From Candidatus Latescibacterota bacterium (lineage in GTDB: Bacteria > Latescibacterota > UBA2968 > UBA8231), in the NCBI GenBank assembly GCA_965242865.1, contig CBDETK010000008.1:90109-154108 (forward strand): a stretch of DNA of 64,000 nt, written 5' to 3'. This document shows positions 17,436 to 26,889 of the stretch, one piece after another; the stretch's first letter is position 1, and every line of letters starts with the position of its first letter. The notes under the pieces are model-generated. The model was not told where the DNA came from. It worked only from the letters and a program-made list of their open reading frames with translations, and did no database searches. A program made the position numbers and the translations under genes.

Positions 17436-19214
17436 CTACGGCGCTGTTCCCTGGCCCTCTTCCAGCAGCACTTGCCGATTGACCTTGAACGGACCGAAGC
17501 TCTCGACCAGTCCGCTGGGCCAGCGGGCTTCCACACGGCGGATTTCTTCCGCGCTCCCCACTCCGAAATGCAGCCGCATGTCGTTGTGCGACATGTAGCT
17601 GCCGCCGCTGCGCACCTCGTCCGCTTGGCGCATATCTCCGGACTCGACCACGACCCGCGCCCCAATGCCGTTGCGGTTCGACTGCGTCCCCTGCACGGCG
17701 ATGCGGATCCAGTTCCCGCCCGCGCCTTCGTTTCGCAGCAGGTTCGGGCGGCCATCCAGATTGTTCACGACCACTTCCACGGATCCGTCATTGTCCAGGT
17801 CGCCGAATGCCGCGCCCCGCGCCGCTGTCCTTTCGACGATACCCGGGCCCGCCTGCGCGGACATATCGATGAACGCTCCGTTGCGAATGTTCCAATACAC
17901 CAATCGCGGCTGCCGGTACCGGCTGGCCGACTCCAGCGTGTCGATCGTGGGGTATACGTGACCGTTGACGATGAACACGTCCTTCCAGCCGTCGCGATCC
18001 ATGTCGATGAAGCCGACGCCCCAGCCCACGGAATTGGTGTCGACCCCGAGCCCCGCGCGGTAAGAGACCTCCGTGAAGAATCCCCGGCCCTCGTTGCGGT
18101 ATAGCGAGGGCACGTCGTCGGAGAAGTTCGTCTTGACGATATCCACGCGACCGTCATGGTTGAAATCCGCCGCTGCCACGCCCATGCCCGCCTGCTCCTT
18201 GCCGTTCTCGTTCAGCGCCGTGCCCGACAGCAAGCCCACATCCTCGAACGTCCCGTCGCGCTGGTTGTGGAAGAGCATGCTGGGCGTCGAGTCGGCCGCG
18301 ATATAGATGTCCGTCCAGCCGTCATCGTCGAAGTCCAGCGTGAGCACGCCCAAGGCGTAGCGGTCGGTAGCGTGCGCAATACCGCTAGGCACCGAGACAT
18401 CCTCGAAGCGTCCCTCTCCCGTGTTGCGCCAGAGACGGCTAGTCTCGGGCGGCAAGCCGCGGGGTCCGCACAGAACCGCGAGGCCCTTGAATCGGCAGAA
18501 GTTGCTCTCGCCGGGAGTCGGGGTCGTGTCCAGATCGAGAGCGACGTAATGCGCGACGACCATGTCCAGCCAGCCGTCGCGGTCGTAATCGAGAAACGCG
18601 CAGCCGGTTCCCCAACGCTGTCCGGCCGTCGGAAGCCCCGTCGCTTCCGTGACGTCGGCGAACCGACGTCCCTCGAGGTTGCGGTACAGCCGGTGCGGGC
18701 CGTATTGAGTGACCAGCAGGTCGTCGAAGCCATCGTTGTCGTAATCGCCGACGCAGACGCCCTGTCCCCAGCCGCTTCGGTCTAGTCCGACAGTCTCGGT
18801 GACATCCTCGAAGCGCAGGTCGCCTAAATTGCGGAACAAGCGGCTGGTGGGCACTGCCTGCGTCTCGTCCGCGTCCCAGCGCCGCCCGTTGACGAAGAAC
18901 ACGTCTGCGAGACCGTCCCGGTCGTAATCGAAGATGGCCGCGCCGCCGCCCGTCGTCTCGAGGATGTAGCGCTTCTCCATCGGATCCCCGAGCACGTGGC
19001 GAAAGTCCAAGCCGGCCTCCGCGGCGACATCCTCGAAGTGAATTCGGGGCGGAGGCAGATCCGTTTTCGCGAGCGGAGAGCCCCGTGCGGTGCGTCCGGC
19101 TACGGCTACCCCTTGGGCCGTCAGGGCGACTGGCAGCGCCAAGCTCATGGCGGCGAGCACGGCCACTTGGCTGGGGAGCGACACGCCGACCATTGCGCGT
19201 GGGCATTCTCGCAT
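17436..19214 (-). CDS. CRTAC1-family protein (FG-GAP propeller + ASPIC/UnbV)
   Basis: Repeated DYDxDGxxD blades, ETTGGG, CGPRGL, C-terminal GSYMSHND.RLHFGVG..RWPSG. Start uncertain (19148-19280). Confidence 0.92.
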   Translation of the reverse strand: MRECPRAMVGVSLPSQVAVLAAMSLALPVALTAQGVAVAGRTARGSPLAKTDLPPPRIHFEDVAAEAGLDFRHVLGDPMEKRYILETTGGGAAIFDYDRDGLADVFFVNGRRWDADETQAVPTSRLFRNLGDLRFEDVTETVGLDRSGWGQGVCVGDYDNDGFDDLLVTQYGPHRLYRNLEGRRFADVTEATGLPTAGQRWGTGCAFLDYDRDGWLDMVVAHYVALDLDTTPTPGESNFCRFKGLAVLCGPRGLPPETSRLWRNTGEGRFEDVSVPSGIAHATDRYALGVLTLDFDDDGWTDIYIAADSTPSMLFHNQRDGTFEDVGLLSGTALNENGKEQAGMGVAAADFNHDGRVDIVKTNFSDDVPSLYRNEGRGFFTEVSYRAGLGVDTNSVGWGVGFIDMDRDGWKDVFIVNGHVYPTIDTLESASRYRQPRLVYWNIRNGAFIDMSAQAGPGIVERTAARGAAFGDLDNDGSVEVVVNNLDGRPNLLRNEGAGGNWIRIAVQGTQSNRNGIGARVVVESGDMRQADEVRSGGSYMSHNDMRLHFGVGSAEEIRRVEARWPSGLVESFGPFKVNRQVLLEEGQGTAP

Positions 19215-19310
19215 AGCCGCTCCAGTTCGTACGAGGCCAGCCCGCATCGCGAGTGGCGACCTACCTTGGCGGCATTGCACTTGTGGCGGCGGGCGGATAG
19301 CCTATGGGCC

Positions 19311-20936
19311 ATGCGGGGCGGTCCATGCATTGCGCTCGCTTGGGCGATCTGCGCTGTCGCGACCATGCCAGCGCTGTCCGCCGAAGCGGACGCCTGCGGG
19401 CAGTGCCATCCGCAGGAGGTTGCCGGATACCTCGAGACTGGCATGGGCCGCTCCATCGCACGTCACGCCGAGCAACCGCCCGGCGCGTTCGAGCATGCGG
19501 TCTCGGGATCCTCCTTCGATGTCGCGCGCTCGGACGCCGGCATGATCCAGCGGATCGAGCGCGACGGTCTCACCGCCGCCTATCCGGTCGAGTACGTGAT
19601 CGGCTCCGGGAACGCAGCATTCGGGTACCTGATCCGGGTCGACCAAGCGGTTTACCAATCTCCGATCGCCTACTACGCCAAGCGGTCTCGCTGGGGCATG
19701 GCTCCCGGGTACGAGGAGCATCCGGCACCCGACTTTGATCGGCCCGTCCTGCCCGAATGCCTCTGGTGCCATGTCGATCAGCCGCAAGCCGTGCCGCTGA
19801 GCCAGAACAGCTACGCGGGAGCGGACCTCGGGCTAGAGCCGATTTCTTGTGCGCGCTGCCACGGCGACGGTGCTGCCCACCTTGCCAAGCCGTCCGCCGA
19901 AACCATTGTCAATCCCGCCAAGCTGCAGCCGGTCGAACGTGACAGCGTGTGCGAGCAGTGCCACCTCAGCGGCGAGCTCAGGGTGCTCAATACCGGCAAG
20001 ACCTTCGGTGACTTCCGGCCCGGCATGCGTCTGGAGGATGTCTTCTCGGTCTATGTCGGCGATTTCGGCGACAACTCCCCGGGGCGGTTCAAGGTTGTCA
20101 GCCACGTGGAGCAGCTGCAGCTCAGCGCCTGCTACCGCCAATCGAACGGTTCCATGTGGTGCGGGACCTGCCACAACCCTCACGAGAAACCGACGGAGCC
20201 TGTGTCTTACTACAGATCCCGATGCCTGGATTGCCACGAGGGGACGCTGCCCGCCGGACATGTCGAGCCCGCCGCCGATTGCGTCTCCTGCCATATGGCT
20301 CGCCGTGCATCGCACGACAGCGGCCATAGCGCGTTCACGGACCACCTCATCGCCGCGCGGCCGAGCGCCGGGGAGGATCCCCAGCGACCAGCGCAACGCA
20401 TCCGAGCGTGGCGGGAATCAAGAGACGCGGAACTCGCCCAGCGGAATCTCGGGATGGCCTATATCGATCTCGGTCGTCGGCGAGAGCGGACGGAACTCTT
20501 GGACGAGGGAGCTTCCCTGCTGGCCCGGCTCGCGCAAGCCGGATCCTTGGACTCCGCCGGGCTAGCGGAGCTGGGCGGGGTGCTGATCGCGAAGGAAGCG
20601 CCGCCGGAAGCGGGCTTCAAGCCGCTCGCCGTGCAATTGCTGCGCGATGCGTTGGAACTGGCACCCGCGCATCCCGCGCGCCACCGCGCACTCGCGGCGG
20701 CGCTCTGGGATACGGGTGACCGCGAGCAGTCGATTGAACTTCTCGAGCGGGCGATCCGGCTCGATCCGCAAGTCAAGGCGGCGTATCAGGTGCTCGCTCG
20801 CATCTACCGGGAGTCCGGCGAACCCGATGCCGCCGCCGCGATCTGGAACCGGTACCTCGATCTGGTTCCGCAGAGTCTCGCGGCCCGGCGCGAGCGACGG
20901 ACCCTGCAGCGGCCCCTTTCGCTCGACGGCTTGTAG
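19311..20936 (+). CDS. Multiheme c-type cytochrome (7 CxxCH) with C-terminal TPR
   Basis: CGQCH, CLWCH, CARCH, CEQCH, CGTCH, CLDCH, CVSCH; signal peptide; TPR-like tail. Confidence 0.9.
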   Translation: MRGGPCIALAWAICAVATMPALSAEADACGQCHPQEVAGYLETGMGRSIARHAEQPPGAFEHAVSGSSFDVARSDAGMIQRIERDGLTAAYPVEYVIGSGNAAFGYLIRVDQAVYQSPIAYYAKRSRWGMAPGYEEHPAPDFDRPVLPECLWCHVDQPQAVPLSQNSYAGADLGLEPISCARCHGDGAAHLAKPSAETIVNPAKLQPVERDSVCEQCHLSGELRVLNTGKTFGDFRPGMRLEDVFSVYVGDFGDNSPGRFKVVSHVEQLQLSACYRQSNGSMWCGTCHNPHEKPTEPVSYYRSRCLDCHEGTLPAGHVEPAADCVSCHMARRASHDSGHSAFTDHLIAARPSAGEDPQRPAQRIRAWRESRDAELAQRNLGMAYIDLGRRRERTELLDEGASLLARLAQAGSLDSAGLAELGGVLIAKEAPPEAGFKPLAVQLLRDALELAPAHPARHRALAAALWDTGDREQSIELLERAIRLDPQVKAAYQVLARIYRESGEPDAAAAIWNRYLDLVPQSLAARRERRTLQRPLSLDGL

Positions 20937-21086
20937 GGCGTCCGACCGCGCGTCGAGTCGCAGGTTTTGGTGCCATACCGGCGATTGCCGCCCGTATGGC
21001 GCCGAATTCGCGTCCACGGCGTACCTGCCGCTTGCGAGACGTGATACAGTACCCGTGCCATCACGGCCCATGAAGGAGGTCAGAGA

Positions 21087-24000
21087 ATGCGTCCATTCCG
21101 GAACTTGGTAACTGTCGCGACACTGGTCCTGTCGCTGGCCATCGCGCCAGCTGCATTCGGGCAGGCCGTGAGCGGCACGATCACGGGCGTGGTCACGGAC
21201 CCGACGGACGCCGCGATCGCGGGAGCGGGTGTCACGATCACCAACGTCGGCACGGGGATCGAGACGAGCCGCGAGACGGACGAGTCGGGCCGCTACATCA
21301 ACACGAACCTGCCGCCAGGCACGTACATCGTGGCCGTCGAGGCGGCGGGCTTCCAGCGCTACGTCCAAGAGAACGTGGTGCTCCGCGTCGACCAGACGGT
21401 GCGCGTGGACCCCGTGCTCGAGCTGGGCGCGGTGACGGAGCAAGTCGTCGTCAACGCCGCGCCACCGATGCTCAAGAGCGAGAAGACGGACGTCGGATCG
21501 TATATCCCCGAGAACCAGCTGCAGGCCGTGCCCACCTTCGGGAACAACCTCAGCAAGCTCTACAACACGGTTCCCGGCGTCATCCAGAACTTCTTCCAGA
21601 TCGGCATCGGCGAGAACCCTTCGGAATTCAACGGCACCTTGGTCAACGGGCAGTTCTTCGGCAACAGCGAGTACGAGGTCGACGGCATTACCAACACGGC
21701 TTACGGCTTCAGCGGCTTCCAGATCATCGTGCCCAACAAGGACTCCGTGTCGGAACTGAAGATCACGACCGCTTCGTTTGACCCCGAGTTCGGCTCCTCG
21801 GCGGGCATGGTGGCGCAGTACGTGACCAAGTCCGGTACCAACGAGTTGCACGGCTCGGCCTTCTGGTTCAACCGCAACGATTCCACGTTCGCGGCGGATC
21901 CTTTCACCGAGAAAGTCGCGGGCACCGGCCCCAATGGCACGGGGACCGGGCCGGCGCCATTCAAGTGGAACCAGTTCGGCGGCAGCGTCGGCGGTCCGAT
22001 CGCGAGGAACCGGGTCTTCTGGTTCACGGATTATCAAGGCGTGGAGGCTTCGCAGGGAGCCCAGCTGACCGCGACCGTGCCGAACGACGCGTTCCGCGAG
22101 GGCGACTTCAGCGCGTGGCCGGGTAATCCCGTCTTCGACCCCGCCAGCGGCGTGACCGGCGGCGGGACGGGGCGCAGCCAGTTCACCAACAACCGGATCC
22201 CCGCCTCGCGCGTCAATCCAGTCGCGACCAACCTCTTGGCACTCCTCCCGCGCGCGAATCTGAATCAGGACACCCAGCAGAACTTCAACGCCGGCGACAG
22301 CGTGACCAACTCGTCGAAGCAGTGGGATGTCCGCGTCGATTCGTCGGTGGGCAATTCGGGCATGGCCTTCGCCCGGTACACGCTGGCGCAGGTGTTCCTC
22401 GACAATCCGCCGCTATTCGGCGCGGCGGCTGGCGGTCCGGCGGTCGGCGGCCTGAGTCCGCAGACGGGCGACTTCCGCATGCAGCACCTGTCGACCAACT
22501 ACACCCACACGTTCTCGCCGACATTCCTGACCGAGGTGCGGGCCGGATTCTCCCGGTTCCGCCTGGACGGATACCAGTACGACGCGGGCCTGTCCACGAA
22601 TACCGATGTCGGCATCCCGAACATCAACACCGACGACAGGCTGACGCAAGGGCTGGCGGGAATCGATGTTTCCGGCCCGGTCGGAGGCTGGTCGATGGGC
22701 ATCCTCAGCGGCGTCGGCATCCCGCGCTTGGATCGCACCACGACGCCCCAGTTCGTGAGCAACTCGACCCTGATCAAGGGCAGCCATCAATTCCGGTTCG
22801 GCGCGGACATCCGATACACGTCGTTCGACTTCATCGCCGCCAACTTCAGCTCGCGCGGCAACTTCCGATTCGGGAATCGCTTGACCGGCAGCCAGGAACT
22901 CGAGGAGCAGTCGATCCCGAGCGGACTGGGCATGGCTTCGTTCCTGATGGGTCTCCCGGACAACTTCAATCGCGTCGTTTTCGAGGACTACACGAAGGAG
23001 CGCGGGTGGCGCACCTCGCTGTACTGGCAGGACACGTGGCGGATCAACGCGCGGCTGACCTTCAATTTCGGGCTGCGGTACGACTTCGTCGGACCCGTAC
23101 ACCCGGCGGATGCCGGCGGGATCGCGAACTTCGATCCGAACACCGGTGACATCCTGCTGGCCGGACTGGGGGACATCGACATGCGTGCCGGCGTCCGCCC
23201 GGACTGGAACAACATCGCGCCGCGCGGCGGACTGGCTTACAAGCTGACCGACAAGACCGTGATCCGCACGGGATTCGGGCGCAGCTACTTCGCCTCCAAC
23301 TACGGCGGGCTGTTCTACGCGATGACGAACCTGTATCCCATCACGGCCCAGCAAGAGGAGCAGGCTCGCAACAACTACGTGCCGGTCTTCCCGATCGAGC
23401 AGGGCCCGCCGCCGTCGCCGCCGCTGCAACTGCCCGACTCGGGCAGGCTCAAGGCGCCCGAGGGGGTCTTGCTCCGGTATCGTCCGGAGGACAACGCCAC
23501 CGAGTACATCGACTCGTGGAACTTCTTCCTCGAAAACCAATTCGCCCAGGACTGGAAGGTGTCGATCGGCTACGTGGGCAGCGTCGGGCGGAAACTGTGG
23601 TGGAACCACAACATGAACGCCGCTCCCGCCAGCACCGATCCGGACATCGCCTCGCGACGGCCGCTCTTCCAGTCCATCGGGTACGGCTCGCGCGTCAGCA
23701 ACGGCTGCAATTGCGCGAGCTCGCACTACTCGGCGCTGCAGTTCGTCATCGAGAAGCGCTACTCGAAGGGCTACTCGATCAACTCCTCGTTCACGTGGGC
23801 GAAGGCGCTGGACGGGCAGCTCGGCGGCTTCGGCTGGGGCGATCAGGGAGCGAACCCTCACGATCGCAAGGGCGGCTACGGCATTTCGCCGTACAACCGC
23901 GCCGTGGTCTGGGTGCTGTCGCACAACTGGGAACTGCCGTTCGGCAAGGGCCGCCGGTTCGCTAGCAGCGCGAGCACGGCGCTAGACGCCATCATCGGCG

Positions 24001-24458
24001 GCTGGCAGTTCAACGGGGTGACGACCCTCGAAACGGGTTTCGCGTTCTCGCCGACCGGCACGAACACGACCCACAACGGGGAATTCGGGAACCGGCCGGA
24101 TCGCATCGGCGACGGGAGCCTGGACAACCCGACACGGCAGCGATGGTTCGATGTGGGCGCGTTCACGAGCGGGCAGTACGGGATCTGGGGCAATGCGGGG
24201 CGAGGCATCCTGCGCGGTCCGCCCTTGGTGGGCACGGACTGGTCGTTCTGGAAGGAGTTCCGGTTCAAGGAGGACTACCGCCTGCAGGTGCGGTGGGAGA
24301 ACTTCAACATGATCAACTACACCAACCTCGGTCCGCCGGTCAGCAACATCACCGCGCCCAACGCGGGCTCGATCAACGGACTGGCAGGCTCGACCAGCGT
24401 GAACCCGGTCACCGTGCCGATGCGCCGGATGCAATTCGGGCTCCGGTTCGTGTTCTAG
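21087..24458 (+). CDS. Oar-type TonB-dependent transporter
   Basis: GGAGG RBS; GTITGVVTDP carboxypeptidase-regulatory domain; TKSGTNELHGS; NQFGG; QDTW..LTFNFGLRYD; C-terminal RRMQFGLRFVF. Confidence 0.95.
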   Translation: MRPFRNLVTVATLVLSLAIAPAAFGQAVSGTITGVVTDPTDAAIAGAGVTITNVGTGIETSRETDESGRYINTNLPPGTYIVAVEAAGFQRYVQENVVLRVDQTVRVDPVLELGAVTEQVVVNAAPPMLKSEKTDVGSYIPENQLQAVPTFGNNLSKLYNTVPGVIQNFFQIGIGENPSEFNGTLVNGQFFGNSEYEVDGITNTAYGFSGFQIIVPNKDSVSELKITTASFDPEFGSSAGMVAQYVTKSGTNELHGSAFWFNRNDSTFAADPFTEKVAGTGPNGTGTGPAPFKWNQFGGSVGGPIARNRVFWFTDYQGVEASQGAQLTATVPNDAFREGDFSAWPGNPVFDPASGVTGGGTGRSQFTNNRIPASRVNPVATNLLALLPRANLNQDTQQNFNAGDSVTNSSKQWDVRVDSSVGNSGMAFARYTLAQVFLDNPPLFGAAAGGPAVGGLSPQTGDFRMQHLSTNYTHTFSPTFLTEVRAGFSRFRLDGYQYDAGLSTNTDVGIPNINTDDRLTQGLAGIDVSGPVGGWSMGILSGVGIPRLDRTTTPQFVSNSTLIKGSHQFRFGADIRYTSFDFIAANFSSRGNFRFGNRLTGSQELEEQSIPSGLGMASFLMGLPDNFNRVVFEDYTKERGWRTSLYWQDTWRINARLTFNFGLRYDFVGPVHPADAGGIANFDPNTGDILLAGLGDIDMRAGVRPDWNNIAPRGGLAYKLTDKTVIRTGFGRSYFASNYGGLFYAMTNLYPITAQQEEQARNNYVPVFPIEQGPPPSPPLQLPDSGRLKAPEGVLLRYRPEDNATEYIDSWNFFLENQFAQDWKVSIGYVGSVGRKLWWNHNMNAAPASTDPDIASRRPLFQSIGYGSRVSNGCNCASSHYSALQFVIEKRYSKGYSINSSFTWAKALDGQLGGFGWGDQGANPHDRKGGYGISPYNRAVVWVLSHNWELPFGKGRRFASSASTALDAIIGGWQFNGVTTLETGFAFSPTGTNTTHNGEFGNRPDRIGDGSLDNPTRQRWFDVGAFTSGQYGIWGNAGRGILRGPPLVGTDWSFWKEFRFKEDYRLQVRWENFNMINYTNLGPPVSNITAPNAGSINGLAGSTSVNPVTVPMRRMQFGLRFVF

Positions 24459-24495
24459 GCGAAGCCCTTGCGGGCGCTGTCCGCAGGGGCTTCGC
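24459..24495 (+). terminator. 16-bp stem-loop directly after the TonB receptor stop
   Basis: GCGAAGCCCTTGCGGG-cgctg-TCCGCAGGGGCTTCGC. There is no U-tract, so it may instead be an mRNA-stabilising hairpin. Confidence 0.55.
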
Positions 24496-24838
24496 GGATC
24501 TTCGCCCGGGCGGCGATTGTCGCTGCCCGGCTTCTCAGTGCCCGAGGCTGGTTCCGCAAGCGAGTTGGTGCGGATTGCGGTGATAGTCGGGGATTAGCGG
24601 ATTCCTCGCCAGTGCCTCCGGCTTCCGGCTACACGCTCACCGTCGGAGCAGGTCCTGACCCCGGTGGCAGGGCGGTTACTCGCACACACCGAAAGACAGG
24701 ACCAGCGCAACGCATCTCAGCGCATCTTCAAGTCCACCTCGAAAGACTCGTTCTCGTGATGTCCACCCCTATCATCGTCTTGAGTTGACAGCTCTTGCCT
24801 GCGTGTTTTATTCTATAGCAAGAGTGGGCGAGGGAAGT

Positions 24839-25333
24839 GTGCCGGTTCCATATGACTCCAAGGCTGTGGCAAACTATTTCTTGAGTCAAGAGCACTTGAC
24901 TCAGATGAAGTTGCACAAGTTGATCTACTACGCACATGGTTGGCACCTAGCCCTTAGAGACGAGCCGCTGATGGACGAGTTCGTCGAGGCTTCGACGTAC
25001 GGCCCCTTGATACCGACAGTATTCCATGAGTTCAAGGATGTCGGAACGTCACCTATTTCTAGGCTCGCGACGGACTTTGATCCGCTCACGGGTCGCTGGG
25101 ATCGAATTCCTGCGATCGATGCGGACGATCAAGCGACAGAGAGGCTGCTGGATCGTGTGTGGGCGGTATATAGAGTCTATTCGCTTGGTCAATTGATCCG
25201 CATGACGCACGAACCGGGCACTCCTTGGTCGGAAACCCGCTCAGAGAATCGTGGCATCAAGAATGCCAACATTCCGAACGAGTTGATTCAATGCTTTTTC
25301 GTCGATAAAATGAACGGAAAGGATCAGGAATAG
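24839..25333 (+). CDS. Panacea/DUF4065 (SocA-like) antitoxin, orphan
   Basis: VANYFL..LTQMKLHKLIYYAHGW..EAxxYGP..THEPGTPW; lower GC than its neighbours. Confidence 0.88.
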   Translation: MPVPYDSKAVANYFLSQEHLTQMKLHKLIYYAHGWHLALRDEPLMDEFVEASTYGPLIPTVFHEFKDVGTSPISRLATDFDPLTGRWDRIPAIDADDQATERLLDRVWAVYRVYSLGQLIRMTHEPGTPWSETRSENRGIKNANIPNELIQCFFVDKMNGKDQE

Positions 25334-25645
25334 TCATAAGAGATCGAGCTAGGGCAAATACGCGAGCGCGAAGATGTGCGAGATGATCTGCCGGAAGAGC
25401 AGCACAGTATTCGAATGACCAGCTAGTGTGCGGCAAGTGTGGGCTCCATGCCCATTCGCGAGCCGGAGCTGACCCTTCACGAGCCCTCGACAGAGTGCTA
25501 TGCCGTGTGCGATGACGCCCCGGTGGCAGCCCCCGGGGCGATCAGCCGACGACCGAATTTCCCTAGCGACGGTCTGACCGGTCGGCCGGGTCGAATGCCC
25601 TTGCGCGATAATTGCCACGGGCCAAGACGGCTTTCGGCTGGACCG

Positions 25646-26839
25646 ATGCGGCGAACACTCAGCGCGGCGACATGCGCCTTGGCACTTTCGTCCATCCACG
25701 CCCAGTCCCCACCGGCACCTCCGTCCGATTCCGTTCAAGCGCGCTTCCAGAGCGCCCAGCAAGCACTCTCCGAGCATCGCTACGCCGAAGCCGAGACGGC
25801 TTTCGAGGAGCTGGTCGCAGCCGCCCCGAACCTTTCCGGGGCCCATGCCAATCTCGGCGTAGCCCGATACCTGCAGGGCCACTACGAAGAGGCGTCCAAC
25901 GCTTTCCGCCGGGCACTCGAAATCAGTCCGTCGATGCCTAGCGTCGAACTGTACATGGGGCTGAGCCAAGCCAGGGCGGGACGAAGGGAGGAAGCCTTCC
26001 CCGCGCTGGCCCAGGGCTTTTGGAATGCGAGCGACGACGACTGGCGCCTTCAGGCGGGAATGATCCTCGCCGAGTTGCATGCCGCTCGCCACGAAGACGA
26101 AAAGGTCCTCGATGTCGTCCGGGCCCTGAAGAAAGCCTTTCCCGGCAATCCCGATGTCCTGTACGCGGCCTATCGCCTGCACTCCGACATGGGTGCGCGG
26201 ACGCTCGCTGACTTGGTCCGCGAGGCGCCCGGATCCGCGCGTTTGCACCAAGTTACGGCGGAATTGCTGGTTAGCGAGGGAGACTACCCGCGCGCGGTGC
26301 GGCAGTACCGCGAAGCGCTCAAGGTCGCGCCGCAATTGGGCGGATTGCATCGGGCTCTCGCGGTAGCCATCATGAACAGCAATCCAGATGAGGACGGCAT
26401 CCGCGAAGCAGAGCAGGCACTCGAGCGCGAACTCGCTCTGAATCCGCGCGATGTCGAATCACTGTTCCAGTTGGGAGAGATCGCGTGGCGACGCGGCGAC
26501 GAGGAGTCGGCCTTGCGACGCTACGAAGAGGTGCTCGAAGTGCAACCCACGTTCGTGGAGGGGCTGGTCGGGCTGGCCAAGGCGCTGATCGCTCGAGGCG
26601 AGTTCGGCCGTGCCGCCGAGCGTTTGGAATCCGCCGTCGGAATCGACTCCGAGCATGAAGTCGCCCGTTACCGCCTCGCACAAGCGTACCGACAGCTCGG
26701 CCGGCCAGAGGAAGCGGCCAAGGAGCTAGAGGAATTCCGGCGTATTCGCAGCGCTTCCGAGGCATTGAGCGCGATCTACCGCCAAGTCCAGCGCAGCACG
26801 GCCCCGAGCGACGACAGCGCTGCGGCGAGTTCTCAATGA
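25646..26839 (+). CDS. Secreted TPR protein
   Basis: Signal peptide MRRTLSAATCALALSSIHA; many 34-aa TPR repeats; ends ARYRLAQAYRQLG. Confidence 0.88.
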   Translation: MRRTLSAATCALALSSIHAQSPPAPPSDSVQARFQSAQQALSEHRYAEAETAFEELVAAAPNLSGAHANLGVARYLQGHYEEASNAFRRALEISPSMPSVELYMGLSQARAGRREEAFPALAQGFWNASDDDWRLQAGMILAELHAARHEDEKVLDVVRALKKAFPGNPDVLYAAYRLHSDMGARTLADLVREAPGSARLHQVTAELLVSEGDYPRAVRQYREALKVAPQLGGLHRALAVAIMNSNPDEDGIREAEQALERELALNPRDVESLFQLGEIAWRRGDEESALRRYEEVLEVQPTFVEGLVGLAKALIARGEFGRAAERLESAVGIDSEHEVARYRLAQAYRQLGRPEEAAKELEEFRRIRSASEALSAIYRQVQRSTAPSDDSAAASSQ

Positions 26840-26889
26840 GCGCTGCCCGTCTCCGAAGGTTACCTGCACGTCCTGTCGGCAAGAAGTCA

